Origin: Candidatus Bathyarchaeota archaeon
GTDB taxonomy: Archaea; Thermoproteota; Bathyarchaeia; Bathyarchaeales; Bathyarchaeaceae
Assembly: GCA_020352535.1 (NCBI GenBank)
Contig: CP070679.1
Location: 1,301,016-1,350,744, forward strand
Length of the DNA stretch: 49,729 nucleotides
Reading direction: 5' to 3'
A program made the translations under genes and the position numbers. The notes under the pieces were generated by a model. It had not been told where the DNA came from. It searched no databases and saw only the letters and a program-made list of their open reading frames with translations. Positions 1 to 8,863 of the stretch are shown piece after piece; the first letter of the stretch is position 1, and every line of letters starts with the position of its first letter.

Positions 1-78
1 CAGGAAGAAGCTGAGACCGAGAACAAGAAAGAGAATGTAGAAGCTGTTAATGCAGAAGACGATAAGAAGGAAGGTTGA
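1..78 (+). CDS. 3' end of an upstream gene, probably ribosomal protein eS24 with an acidic C-terminal tail (partial)
   Basis: Frame 1 reads QEEAETENKKENVEAVNAEDDKKEG* with TGA at 76-78. It lies just before eS31, and rps24e-rps27ae is a conserved archaeal pair. Identity rests on context only. Confidence 0.5.
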   Translation, partial: QEEAETENKKENVEAVNAEDDKKEG

Positions 79-82
79 CTGA

Positions 83-418
83 ATGGCTGAGGAAAAGAAG
101 AGTGATGCTGAAGAGCCTAGAGAAGCTGAAGAGAAACAAGAAGAACCAAAAGTCAAGCCAGAAAAGAAAGCCGTGGCGAAGCCTAGGGAGGAGAAGCCTC
201 AAAAGGCAAAGAAGGAGAGAAAAGGCGTCTTCTCCTACTACAAGATTGACGAAACAGGACTTGAGAGGTTACGCCCATTCTGCGAAAGATGTGGATCTGG
301 GTATTTCATGGCAGACCACAAAAATCGTTTCACCTGCGGCCACTGTGGTTTCACACAATACAAGCATAATGAAGCAGCAAGTAATGCAGATAAAACCTTA
401 CAGCCTTCAACGGATTAG
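83..418 (+). CDS. rps27ae: 30S ribosomal protein eS31 (S27ae) with charged N-terminal extension
   Basis: YYKI...LERLRPFCERCGSGYFMADHKNRFTCGHCGFT is the S27ae zinc ribbon. Confidence 0.93.
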   Translation: MAEEKKSDAEEPREAEEKQEEPKVKPEKKAVAKPREEKPQKAKKERKGVFSYYKIDETGLERLRPFCERCGSGYFMADHKNRFTCGHCGFTQYKHNEAASNADKTLQPSTD

Positions 419-502
419 TATACAAAGCACACAGAACGCATAGTCCTTTTGCCTATCTCTTCGTGCGCGTCCTCTGAATGCAGGTATTAGGCACAGCTGT
501 CT

Positions 503-907
503 TTACTTCAGTGGAACATACATTGATGATCTAGAAGCCCCGATACCTGGTGACCCATGTCTGACCATCTTGTTTGTTATAGCGAATTCACCTAAATAGT
601 GACCAATCATCTCAGGTCTTATTTCTACTGCTACGAACTCCTTCCCATCGTGGACCAAAACAGTGACTCCAACCATCTCTGGAAGAATAATCATGTCTCG
701 TGCATGTGTCTTGACAGTTTTCTCTGGAGCCGCCCCAGGTGTTTCTTTGATTGCTCGAATGCTCTCAAGGAGAATTCGTTGTTCTCGTGTGAGCCCTCGT
801 TGGAGGCTTCGTCGTTGCCGTGACGGCAGGAGACGAATGAACTCATCCATCGACATACCTTGAAGTCCATCAAGTGTATGACCTTGGTAGGCGAACTCTT
901 TGGGCAA
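503..907 (-). CDS. rps19: 30S ribosomal protein uS19
   Basis: [15 protein letters not shown]...[13 protein letters not shown]...[21 protein letters not shown] start. Confidence 0.97.
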   Translation of the reverse strand: MPKEFAYQGHTLDGLQGMSMDEFIRLLPSRQRRSLQRGLTREQRILLESIRAIKETPGAAPEKTVKTHARDMIILPEMVGVTVLVHDGKEFVAVEIRPEMIGHYLGEFAITNKMVRHGSPGIGASRSSMYVPLK

Positions 908-979
908 TTGGTCAACTCCTGATTGCTTCTGGTTTCTTGGATTTATTAAACGTTTCTAGCTCTTCAGAAACGCTCATAG

Positions 980-1714
980 TCATCGCCTTCTTCTCTTCCT
1001 CTTGCCAGTGCTTCTCGCAGCAATCAGACCCACCTTCTTGCCGGGAGGTGCACGTCTAGACACAGTAGTAACCTTGCGTGCCCCTCGTCTACCACTTCCA
1101 TATGGGTGCACAGCAGCTATCATTGCTACACCACGTGTTCGAGGATACAGGTGACCCTTTGCCCGCATCCAATAGCGTTTTGCACCAGCCTTTAAGAAGG
1201 GTTTCTCAAGACGTCCTGCCCCGGATATTACACCAATCGTTGCCCTGCAGAGATCATTGACATACCGAGTTTTTCCGGATGGGAGCTTCAGCATAGTCCC
1301 TTCAGGCGTATGAGCAACGACTGTTGCATAAGAACCTGATGAGCGTGAGAGTTTTCCTCCATCGTTTGGCGAGAGCTCGATGTTGCAAATCATGGTGCCA
1401 GCAGGAATACTGCTCAGCGGGAGGACATTACCAATGCTCACTTGAGCTTTAGCCCCAATTTGGATTGACTGTCCTTCATGAATTCCCTCAGGAATTACTG
1501 TGTAATAGGTTTCACTAGTCTCTAGCCTCACAGAAGCAATCGGTGAACCTCGACCGGGTTCATGGAGTATTCCAACGATCTTGCCCTCAAGAATGTCTTC
1601 TTGCGCCGCTTTGGGGAGATGAGGGTAGCGAACCGGGGCTATTCTCTTATGAGTGGAGGCTACGAAAGTTGGCGAACCTCGACCACGTCTTTGAACTCGA
1701 ATCCTTTTACCCAT
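980..1714 (-). CDS. rpl2: 50S ribosomal protein uL2
   Basis: MGKRIRVQRRGRG, HEPGRG, CRATIGVISGAGR. The start is set at ATG 1714 rather than 1741. Confidence 0.97.
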   Translation of the reverse strand: MGKRIRVQRRGRGSPTFVASTHKRIAPVRYPHLPKAAQEDILEGKIVGILHEPGRGSPIASVRLETSETYYTVIPEGIHEGQSIQIGAKAQVSIGNVLPLSSIPAGTMICNIELSPNDGGKLSRSSGSYATVVAHTPEGTMLKLPSGKTRYVNDLCRATIGVISGAGRLEKPFLKAGAKRYWMRAKGHLYPRTRGVAMIAAVHPYGSGRRGARKVTTVSRRAPPGKKVGLIAARSTGKRKRRRR

Positions 1715-1727
1715 GTGTCCACTCTCA

Positions 1728-1994
1728 TTATAAGATGCCAAGCTTAATCGCTACATCAACTGCCTTATAGTCCGGTTGAAGCTTAACAAAGGCCTTCTTC
1801 TCGCCGGTAGGCGTGATTGAAGTATTAACGCTTTGGACTTCGACTTCGTAGAGCTCCTCAACAGCTCGCTTGATGTCACCCTTCGTGCCTTTAAGGTTAA
1901 CCACAAAGACGAGTTTATTCTCAGTCTCCAGTAAACGGCTCGTAACCTCTGTCATAACTGGGTATATAATGATGTCATAGGCGTCCAAATTCAT
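1728..1994 (-). CDS. rpl23: 50S ribosomal protein uL23
   Basis: YPVMTE...ENKLVFVV...KKAFVKL...AIKLGIL; operon position. Confidence 0.96.
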   Translation of the reverse strand: MNLDAYDIIIYPVMTEVTSRLLETENKLVFVVNLKGTKGDIKRAVEELYEVEVQSVNTSITPTGEKKAFVKLQPDYKAVDVAIKLGIL

Positions 1995-2770
1995 CTTCTC
2001 CCGAATAGCGCATCTACTTTCTCAAACGCTGAGTGCGTCCAAATGACCAGTCTGCCAGAGTGAGTGCCAGGCGCTAGAAGCTCAGCATTTATGTTGTCGA
2101 CTTCAACTGCATCCACTCCTGGGATGTTGCGAGCTGCCTCAACGGCTCCTGCATTCTTGGCTACAACTAATAGTGGTCCTACGCTTTGTTTTATCCTCCG
2201 ACCGCGGCCCTTACCTTTCCCGGCTCGCACCTTTCGGCTCTCTTTGACCCGATAGACGTCTGGCCACACTCCCAGCTGAATGAACACCTCTTCAACTTCC
2301 TTGGTTGTTCTCAAGGCTTCGATGTCATCTACCACCACCAAGGGGAAGTCAGGGATATCTTCTACGACGTGCCCTCTAGAGGATACCATCTCCTTGGAAG
2401 CAGTGGCTGCGATTGCTGAGCGAAGAGCCAGTTGCTTTTCCTTTCGTGGAATCCTCTTCCTAATCTTCTTCTCCGCTCTTGGTGGATGCGTAGCCCTGCC
2501 TCCAACCGCAGATGAGATAAAGGCTGCCCGTTGTCCGCCCTTTATTCTTGAGACTCGGGCGATTCCCAAACCGGTTCCCCGAGATTCTGCCGTCGTTCGC
2601 TTTCCAGCGAGAGGGTCTCGACCTTGGGGTTGGAACCTATGGGACTGGATCGCGATTACTGCCCGTTTTATGACGTCTGGTCTTGATGGCGTTTTGAAGA
2701 TTGGGGGAATAATAATATTTCCTGTGGATTTTCCTTTGAGGTTAAAAATTTTAGCAGAGCGCTTTCCCAT
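1991..2770 (-). CDS. rpl4: 50S ribosomal protein uL4
   Basis: RPDVIKRAV...QPQGRDPLAG...VGGRATHPP...RAGKGKGRGR...LAPGTHSGRL. The start is set at ATG 2770, just after the uL3 stop. Confidence 0.96.
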   Translation of the reverse strand: MGKRSAKIFNLKGKSTGNIIIPPIFKTPSRPDVIKRAVIAIQSHRFQPQGRDPLAGKRTTAESRGTGLGIARVSRIKGGQRAAFISSAVGGRATHPPRAEKKIRKRIPRKEKQLALRSAIAATASKEMVSSRGHVVEDIPDFPLVVVDDIEALRTTKEVEEVFIQLGVWPDVYRVKESRKVRAGKGKGRGRRIKQSVGPLLVVAKNAGAVEAARNIPGVDAVEVDNINAELLAPGTHSGRLVIWTHSAFEKVDALFGRR

Positions 2771-2786
2771 GTTTCCCACTTGCTCC

Positions 2787-3794
2787 TTACCCTTGCGGGG
2801 ACTCGAGGGATATGTAAGTGACCTTCGGTGCAGCTTCTGGAACCGCTTTCGGTGAGCGAGCTGGAGCCCGTAATCGTATAAGCCGCTTTGTCGAACCAGG
2901 AATGCTCCCATCTAGCAGTATGTACGTTCCTCGTACCAGACCGTAGCGTATGAATCCGCCTTTTGGAGTTACTTCTGCTCCATCTGTACCTATCTTTAGT
3001 ATGCGTTTGTTGTATTCAGTTCTTTGGTGATAGCCCATTTGCCCTGCTCTTGGCACAGTATATAAAACCCTAGTTGGGTGCCACGGTCCTATGACTGCGA
3101 CGCCTCGTTTGGTTTTGCGGGATTTACGAGGTAGAATCTTAATGCCCCAGCGTTTCACAGGTCCCTGAAAACCCTTTCCTTTGGTCACGCCCACAATGTC
3201 AACATACTGGCCTTCCTTGAACACCTCCATAACGGAGACCGTTTTTCCTAACAGCTTCTTCGCGTGTTCAAATTGCTGTTCAGTTGTGCCTCCATCAATC
3301 TTGATTTCGGTGATTTCAGGCTTCTTCTTAGGGACACTAGCTTCTCTAGGTTGTGTGGCAGCTAGGAATCTGAACTCGGTGATGCTATCAATTTGACTCT
3401 TCATCTTCTCTAAGGCTTGAGTAGGATCGAAGTGCTCGGGTAAAGTCATAGAGCGGTTGAGAAGCTTTGGCGGGTCTTTCATCCAAGCTTCAGTAAACGA
3501 GTGCAGACCATATGGGTCTCTTGTATAGGCTCGGAGGGCAAATAGGGTGATTGGCGGAGCATCTATTACAGTAGCGGGGTGAGCTGTCTCCTTACCAAAG
3601 TTTGGTGAACGTTCGTCATCTTCGACCAAGAACACATGAGTCATTCCTGCTTTGTATCCCATGAATCCTAATAGGATCGGACCCTCCTCTGCTTTTGGCC
3701 AGTAGCGGATTCGCCCGGTTTCACTTGCGGCACGCCCTCTAGGCAAATAGGCTAGTGAACCACGTCGTGGAGCGCTCTTCTTTCGATGACCCAT
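2787..3794 (-). CDS. rpl3: 50S ribosomal protein uL3
   Basis: APRRGSLAYLPR, GYKAGMTH, TKGKGFQGPVKRWG, PRAGQMGYHQRTEYNK. Confidence 0.98.
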   Translation of the reverse strand: MGHRKKSAPRRGSLAYLPRGRAASETGRIRYWPKAEEGPILLGFMGYKAGMTHVFLVEDDERSPNFGKETAHPATVIDAPPITLFALRAYTRDPYGLHSFTEAWMKDPPKLLNRSMTLPEHFDPTQALEKMKSQIDSITEFRFLAATQPREASVPKKKPEITEIKIDGGTTEQQFEHAKKLLGKTVSVMEVFKEGQYVDIVGVTKGKGFQGPVKRWGIKILPRKSRKTKRGVAVIGPWHPTRVLYTVPRAGQMGYHQRTEYNKRILKIGTDGAEVTPKGGFIRYGLVRGTYILLDGSIPGSTKRLIRLRAPARSPKAVPEAAPKVTYISLESPQG

Positions 3795-4030
3795 GCGTTG
3801 CTGTCCTTCTTTTCAATACATTATTCTAGGTCGTCTTTGTTTCAATAAGAGCTTCGAGTTATAAACATTGCTTTTAAGGTGCTCTAGACATATGACCGAG
3901 TCACGGCTAAGGTCGAACGCGGGGAGATGGGATATGAAATATATTTTACAGTTTTCCTGCAAAATGCTTTAAATAATCGTATATCGTAATATATCGGATA
4001 GAGTCCGACCTCTGGAATTGGTGATTGACT

Positions 4031-4180
4031 ATGAGCACACCCTCAAATCATGTAGTCTGCGAGTGGCAAGTAGCTTTTCGACCGGTAAACATTAAGGATA
4101 TTTTGCGTCTTTTGAAAGCTGTCCTGGAAACCAAAATTCAAAGGCTTTTTAGTGCTTGGAAGAACCTGAAAGGGCAGTAG
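4031..4180 (+). CDS. Small hypothetical protein, 49 aa (not in ORF track)
   Basis: ATG at 4031 after a GGTGA SD-like motif, with TATA-like TTTAAATA at about 3968. Reads MSTPSNHVVCEWQVAFRPVNIKDILRLLKAVLETKIQRLFSAWKNLKGQ*. Confidence 0.4.
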   Translation: MSTPSNHVVCEWQVAFRPVNIKDILRLLKAVLETKIQRLFSAWKNLKGQ

Positions 4181-4333
4181 GTCAACATCAACGCTACGGA
4201 TTTCCATACAATTGGCTGCCTAGTCGAGGAATCCATCACTCTGACAACATATAGGCTAGAAGGTCAGCTTTATCGAAACGCTTTTCTAGTGCTGCCATCA
4301 TTTCACGTTATCTGTTTCCAAGAGGTCTGGAGA

Positions 4334-4558
4334 ATGGCAAAGAAGGCAACTGAGGAAGACTGGGAGAACTTGACATTAGACGAGAAGCTAAACGTGCTTC
4401 GAGATAAGGTTAATGAGATGGCAAGTATAATCCAGAAGATTGTCGAGGATATGTACGTGGATGAGGAAGAGTGCGAAGGCGACGAAGAGGCTCCAGCTCG
4501 AGGAGAGATGAAGTCGCCAGCTTCAAGGAAGTTGCAGCCTCTCAGGTATATCACCTAA
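4334..4558 (+). CDS. Small acidic coiled-coil hypothetical protein
   Basis: ATG at 4334 after GAGGT/GGAG. Heptad helix LDEKLNVLRDKVNEMASIIQKI, acidic linker, ends LRYIT. Confidence 0.65.
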   Translation: MAKKATEEDWENLTLDEKLNVLRDKVNEMASIIQKIVEDMYVDEEECEGDEEAPARGEMKSPASRKLQPLRYIT

Positions 4559-4685
4559 TTTTAATCGTTCAAAGCGCTGGAAGCAAAAGCAAGCTTAAAG
4601 TTTCCACCGTATCTAGACTGGCGTAAGACGAATGGTCCAGAAGGAATTTCAAGATACAGCGGTAGCATTACAGATACAAACCAGA

Positions 4686-5546
4686 CTATAGGGTTCCAAC
4701 GGAAATATTCAAGACTGCCAAGCATGTGAGGACCGCCTCCACCGTCCTTACAGTCTCAGTTCCCTGACCTGGAACCAGGTTCACCACAAAGTCCGTGACT
4801 TCCGACAGTTTTGCGCCCTCACGTCTCAGAATCTCGTGTAATCCTGCAGTCGGGGAGCCAAAGGCAATTAGTATCCTACTAGCATTATTCCATTGTTCAG
4901 TCATCTCATCGACAACCTTCATGAATGGAACTCCTCGACGTGAAGTGGCAACTACTAGGTCGAAACATCCCGTTTTCACCAACTGCCTCAGTCCAGCAGC
5001 TGAAACTCGTGTTTGGTAGCCCCAATACGGCTCAACATCATCACGACGAACCAATGAGCCCTTAAGATGCCTTCCTAGTTCAGCAAGCTTCACTGTGACT
5101 CTGTTATTAGTCGGAAGCTTCACATCAGAAACAAGGACAGATCGCTTTACACCAATGTCAACATAGGAACCAGCGTCAGTTTGGGAGATGACTACACCTT
5201 CACGATACTCTCCGATCTTCAAGTCTCTAATCCTGCTGCATATAGGGTGGTGTGGTGTGCGCAATGGTGGAAGGATACCAGCATACCGCAACTCAGGCCG
5301 AAGTCCGAACAGCCGTTTGCGGAGATACTGAGGGGTTTCAATATAGGATAAAATGGAAGCAATCAGATGCGAATCATGGCTTTGATTTGAGTTTGGAGTA
5401 TCATGAAAAATCACGATTTCATCTATACGGAATATTGCTGCTGCTCTGCCGACAAGGCCAATCTTGAAGGTCTTCTCTCGAAGATGAGGGATATCTGACG
5501 CTAACGAGGCAGGCAAGGCGATAGATAGCTTAGGATGATATTTCAT
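4686..5546 (-). CDS. SPOUT-family RNA methyltransferase (DUF171/C9orf114/MTH1-like)
   Basis: RAAAIFRIDEI, YIETPQYLRK, LRYAGILPPLRTPHH, YWGY, PGQGTETVRTVEA. This family usually lies upstream of archaeal rpl3. Confidence 0.92.
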   Translation of the reverse strand: MKYHPKLSIALPASLASDIPHLREKTFKIGLVGRAAAIFRIDEIVIFHDTPNSNQSHDSHLIASILSYIETPQYLRKRLFGLRPELRYAGILPPLRTPHHPICSRIRDLKIGEYREGVVISQTDAGSYVDIGVKRSVLVSDVKLPTNNRVTVKLAELGRHLKGSLVRRDDVEPYWGYQTRVSAAGLRQLVKTGCFDLVVATSRRGVPFMKVVDEMTEQWNNASRILIAFGSPTAGLHEILRREGAKLSEVTDFVVNLVPGQGTETVRTVEAVLTCLAVLNISVGTL

Positions 5547-5695
5547 AGGGTTTCCCCATTTGAGCTCAGGTTTTACTCCGTCATATCAATGTGCATCATG
5601 ATGGTATTTAGCCATTCAACCCAAGGTCTTCCTATTTATGCTGTTAGGGGAATTCAGGCTATTGTGTATTCGCCTTGGAATAATCACACGCGCAT

Positions 5696-6265
5696 ATCCT
5701 ACGAAGGTCTGAGATAATCCTACGAGGCCCTGCGGAATACTTGACAATGATTTGCGCGACGCATAATTAGACGAGTACAACCCAGTTCTAATCTAAGGGA
5801 TTGTCCCCCTTTACTCCTTTCTAATCCCTTTGGAGTCGGAATAGCGCCTTGTTATCCCTCTGCGTCCTCTCCTAGTAATTCTTACTCGCCCCATAAGGTG
5901 ATTCAATTCTACCCCAGTTGTTCCATTTTATCCCTGGATTCCTTGACTTTGCGCCACGTATCACATAATTACATGAGGTTTGTCCAGGGGGGCTGTCCCC
6001 TTGATTCCCATTTTATCCCCTTTTGTCCCTTTTTTGTCCCATGGGGCTGCCCCCGGACTGCCCCCTTTGGCCCCCTATGGGGGCAAGGGGGATAGGGGGA
6101 CATTAGGAATCCCTCTTTCCAACATTCCATCTATGTTGGTCTCCCTTTAGCTTCTCTAGGGGATGAGCTGTTGTGAGAAAAGGGGACAAGGGACAAATAA
6201 AGGCGCATGGGTTAGGAGAAGTTTCCAGGAGAAACGTAATCAACCTTGCATAACTATTTATCCCC
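5696..6265. repeat. Non-coding cluster of short repeated motifs ((T/A)TRTCCC(C), direct then inverted; phased C-tracts)
   Basis: TTGTCCCCC 5801, TTATCCC 5852 and 5928, CTGTCCCC 5993, TTATCCCC 6013, TTGTCCC 6023 and 6034. Inverted copies GGGGGATA 6087, GGGGGACA 6095, GGGGACAA 6182, GGGACAA 6190. TTATCCCC again at 6258. ATCCTACGA occurs twice (5696, 5717). Confidence 0.7.
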
Positions 6266-6314
6266 AGCATCACACTCAAGCATACCTGTTTCATGAAACC
6301 TTCGAGGTGATAGA

Positions 6315-7463
6315 ATGCAGGTGGATATGATTCTCGACGCACTGAAAAACTTGGCCCGAATCGACAAGAGCGATCTGCTGGGTTTCTGCATGAAAATTCC
6401 TGAGAGCTGCCGGGACGCGATACGAAGAACAGAGGAAACTGAGATTCCCAAAGAGGTCAAAGTATCCAAGCAGATTACGATAAAATACGGGAAACCAAGA
6501 AACATCATAGTCACAGGCATGGGTGGCTCTGCTATCGGAGGAGAGATACTTCAAGACTGGCTTCGAGATAGACTGACTGTTCCAGTCGAGATTTGCAGAG
6601 ATTATGTTCTTCCAGCATATGCTGATAGAAGCACGCTCGTTATTGCAGTCAGCTTCTCAGGGGAAACTGAAGAAACACTTAGTGCATTCGTAGATGCCAT
6701 TGGCAGAAGGTGTATGGTCATCACTATAAGCTCGGGAGGACGCTTGCTCTCCGCCTCAAAGGGAATGAAATTACCTCATGTAGTGATACCGAATGGACGA
6801 CCGCCCAGAGCCGCTATTCCTCACTTGTTCTTTCCCTTGCCAATCCTCTTGGAGAAGATGGATGTAATTGCAGGCTTGGATAGAGAGTTGAATGAGACTA
6901 TACAGGTTGTTGAGTCAGTAAGCAAAGAGAATTCGCCCCTCATTGCTACAAGGGAGAACCCGTCAAAGACCCTGGCTCTGGAACTGAGAGAGTCAATACC
7001 TGTAGTCTATGGGTTTAGGCAGTTCAGAGCTATAGCCCATAGATTGAAGACACAGTTTAATGAGAATAGTAAACAATTTAGTACATACAATGTCTTCCCC
7101 GAACTCAATCACAATGAAATAGTCGCATGGGAGAGCCCTGAGATCGCTACTAAGGGATTTGCAGTTGTGCTCATCCGAGATCCTGATGAACCTCTTGAAA
7201 TCAAACATAGAATCGAAATCATTAAACGGTTTGCGGCCCAGAGAGCTCAAAAGGTCTTGGAAATCCCCGCGAATGGCAAACAAAGACTTGCGAAGATGTT
7301 CTCCGTGATGTTGAAAGGGGACTTTGCAAGCGTCTATCTGGCGATTCTTCGAGGCCTAGATCCGACGCCTGTGAAGACCATCGATGAGACAAAGGCTGAG
7401 TTGAGTAGAAAGTCTGATATGTTGCAGAAGCTGGACCGAGAAATCCTGAAGCTAACCAATTGA
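6315..7463 (+). CDS. Bifunctional phosphoglucose/phosphomannose isomerase (SIS, PGI/PMI)
   Basis: GMGGSAIGG, SFSGETEETL, KTQFNENSK, FPELNHNEIV, DPTPV. The true start may be ATG 6327. Confidence 0.93.
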   Translation: MQVDMILDALKNLARIDKSDLLGFCMKIPESCRDAIRRTEETEIPKEVKVSKQITIKYGKPRNIIVTGMGGSAIGGEILQDWLRDRLTVPVEICRDYVLPAYADRSTLVIAVSFSGETEETLSAFVDAIGRRCMVITISSGGRLLSASKGMKLPHVVIPNGRPPRAAIPHLFFPLPILLEKMDVIAGLDRELNETIQVVESVSKENSPLIATRENPSKTLALELRESIPVVYGFRQFRAIAHRLKTQFNENSKQFSTYNVFPELNHNEIVAWESPEIATKGFAVVLIRDPDEPLEIKHRIEIIKRFAAQRAQKVLEIPANGKQRLAKMFSVMLKGDFASVYLAILRGLDPTPVKTIDETKAELSRKSDMLQKLDREILKLTN

Positions 7464-7596
7464 GGGTTGGGCTTCAGGGAAAAGACTTCTGTGAAAATTC
7501 AGCGGTTTCGCAGAAGTTTTCTGAGGAGAGCTTCTGATGCGTGCCCTTCATAAAGCTTTTATACGTTTGAGTTTGTGTCTAATGATGGTGTCCGTT

Positions 7597-7836
7597 ATGG
7601 AGCCTAGTATGAAACCCCTCAATGTTTTAGCAAAGTTGCTGAATTCCCATGTAGCTATTGTTCTGAAAAGTGGCGTTGAGTATCGAGGAACAGTAATTCG
7701 TTGTGATGGCTATATGAATGTCTTACTCGAGGGTGCAGCCGAACGGTTTAGAGATGAGTTGGTCGCCAATTACGGTCGTGTCTTGGTGAGAGGAAACAAC
7801 GTCCTTTACATCAGGACTGATGTCCCAAAAAAGTGA
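7597..7836 (+). CDS. Sm-like archaeal protein (SmAP/Lsm)
   Basis: Sm1 motif YRGTVIRCDGYMNVLL and Sm2 motif VLVRGNNVLYI. TATA-like TTTTATA at about 7557; start set at ATG 7597. Confidence 0.92.
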   Translation: MEPSMKPLNVLAKLLNSHVAIVLKSGVEYRGTVIRCDGYMNVLLEGAAERFRDELVANYGRVLVRGNNVLYIRTDVPKK

Positions 7837-8003
7837 GCATGCACGGCTGCAATCACCTAGAAGGCTCTTAGCAGCTTCCAATGATAAGGGCAATGCTAGG
7901 GCATACTAGTTCTTCATGTCTTGGCTTTAGGAAACCTTGAACAGTGTAGCCCTTAGAAACGCTGACTGCTGCAAGGTAAAGATGATAGAAGAAATGCGAG
8001 ATG

Positions 8004-8222
8004 TTAGTGTTGTTGCTTCCTTAGCGCATCAACTGTGGAGCTGCCTAGAGCCAAGGTCAGTATGAGAGACCAGATGCCAGTGGCACGTACAATAGCGTTA
8101 GGAATTGTAAGCAGGAAACAGAATAAGAACCAGACACCCATCACTGCAGCAGGTGCAGCGACCACCATCCATAATTCTTTCCAAGTGTAAATCGTCAGTA
8201 GATCTTTGAGCCACTGCTTCAC
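8004..8222 (-). CDS. Small membrane protein (about 2 TM helices)
   Basis: Two hydrophobic segments; GTG start; shares an AT-rich divergent promoter region with 8300. Confidence 0.55.
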   Translation of the reverse strand: MKQWLKDLLTIYTWKELWMVVAAPAAVMGVWFLFCFLLTIPNAIVRATGIWSLILTLALGSSTVDALRKQQH

Positions 8223-8299
8223 AAGATCACGCCTTCTCTCTCGTTTTCTACCAAAGGAGCCAAAGGTTATTAAACCTTTTTAGCGGTGTCTACCATGAG

Positions 8300-8725
8300 A
8301 TGCAAACAAGCAAAAACCTGAAAAGTGAAAGCCTAAGGGCGATTCCTTATGTCTTCGGTATTCTAGTAATGATAGTCTTTGGATTTATCGCCTATAACGA
8401 AATTTTCGTCATAAATGTCTTAGCAATGACTGCTGCAGTGTATATAGCTGGCTCCATTGTCGTTGGAAGAGAACTCAAGAAGCTTTTGAATGTCTTTGTA
8501 ATATCCTTTCTTGCGGTTGTTGTCTCTGACTTGTGCTTTCTATTCTTGCAGCAGTTTGTGGCCCTCTGCATTACTCTCGCTGTCTTGCTGGTCTCAATAA
8601 AATACTCCTTAATTGGAGACCATGACTCTGGATGGTTTGGGGCTCTTGGGTCACTATTTCTAGGCATTATATTCCTTCTGATAATTGAGATAATTTTGGG
8701 GCCTGTGCGACTGTTCTTAATCTGA
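8300..8725 (+). CDS. Integral membrane protein (about 5 TM helices), unknown function
   Basis: Consecutive hydrophobic helices, with an HDSGWFGAL loop before the last helix. Confidence 0.7.
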   Translation: MQTSKNLKSESLRAIPYVFGILVMIVFGFIAYNEIFVINVLAMTAAVYIAGSIVVGRELKKLLNVFVISFLAVVVSDLCFLFLQQFVALCITLAVLLVSIKYSLIGDHDSGWFGALGSLFLGIIFLLIIEIILGPVRLFLI

Positions 8726-8863
8726 AGGCATTCGAATCGCCCTGCCTACATCTATGAAATTAATACCTAACACACAATACTTTGAAAGAAATCTCAAGCC
8801 TTCAGTCTGAAGATGATTTATAAAGGATTTAAGCGCAAGTTACAGAACCGGAGGAGCTCCTGA

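Noticed and set aside
5696..6265. CRISPR array or bacterial DnaA boxes
   Set aside because: The repeats are 7-9 bp without regular unique spacers. TTATCCCCA resembles a DnaA box, but the genome is archaeal and most copies deviate further.
5535..6342. Track ORFs 5535-5717, 5898-6095 and 6103-6342 as real proteins
   Set aside because: Their Pro/Phe/Gly-biased translations simply reflect the C/T and G tracts; there are no clear SD signals or protein motifs.
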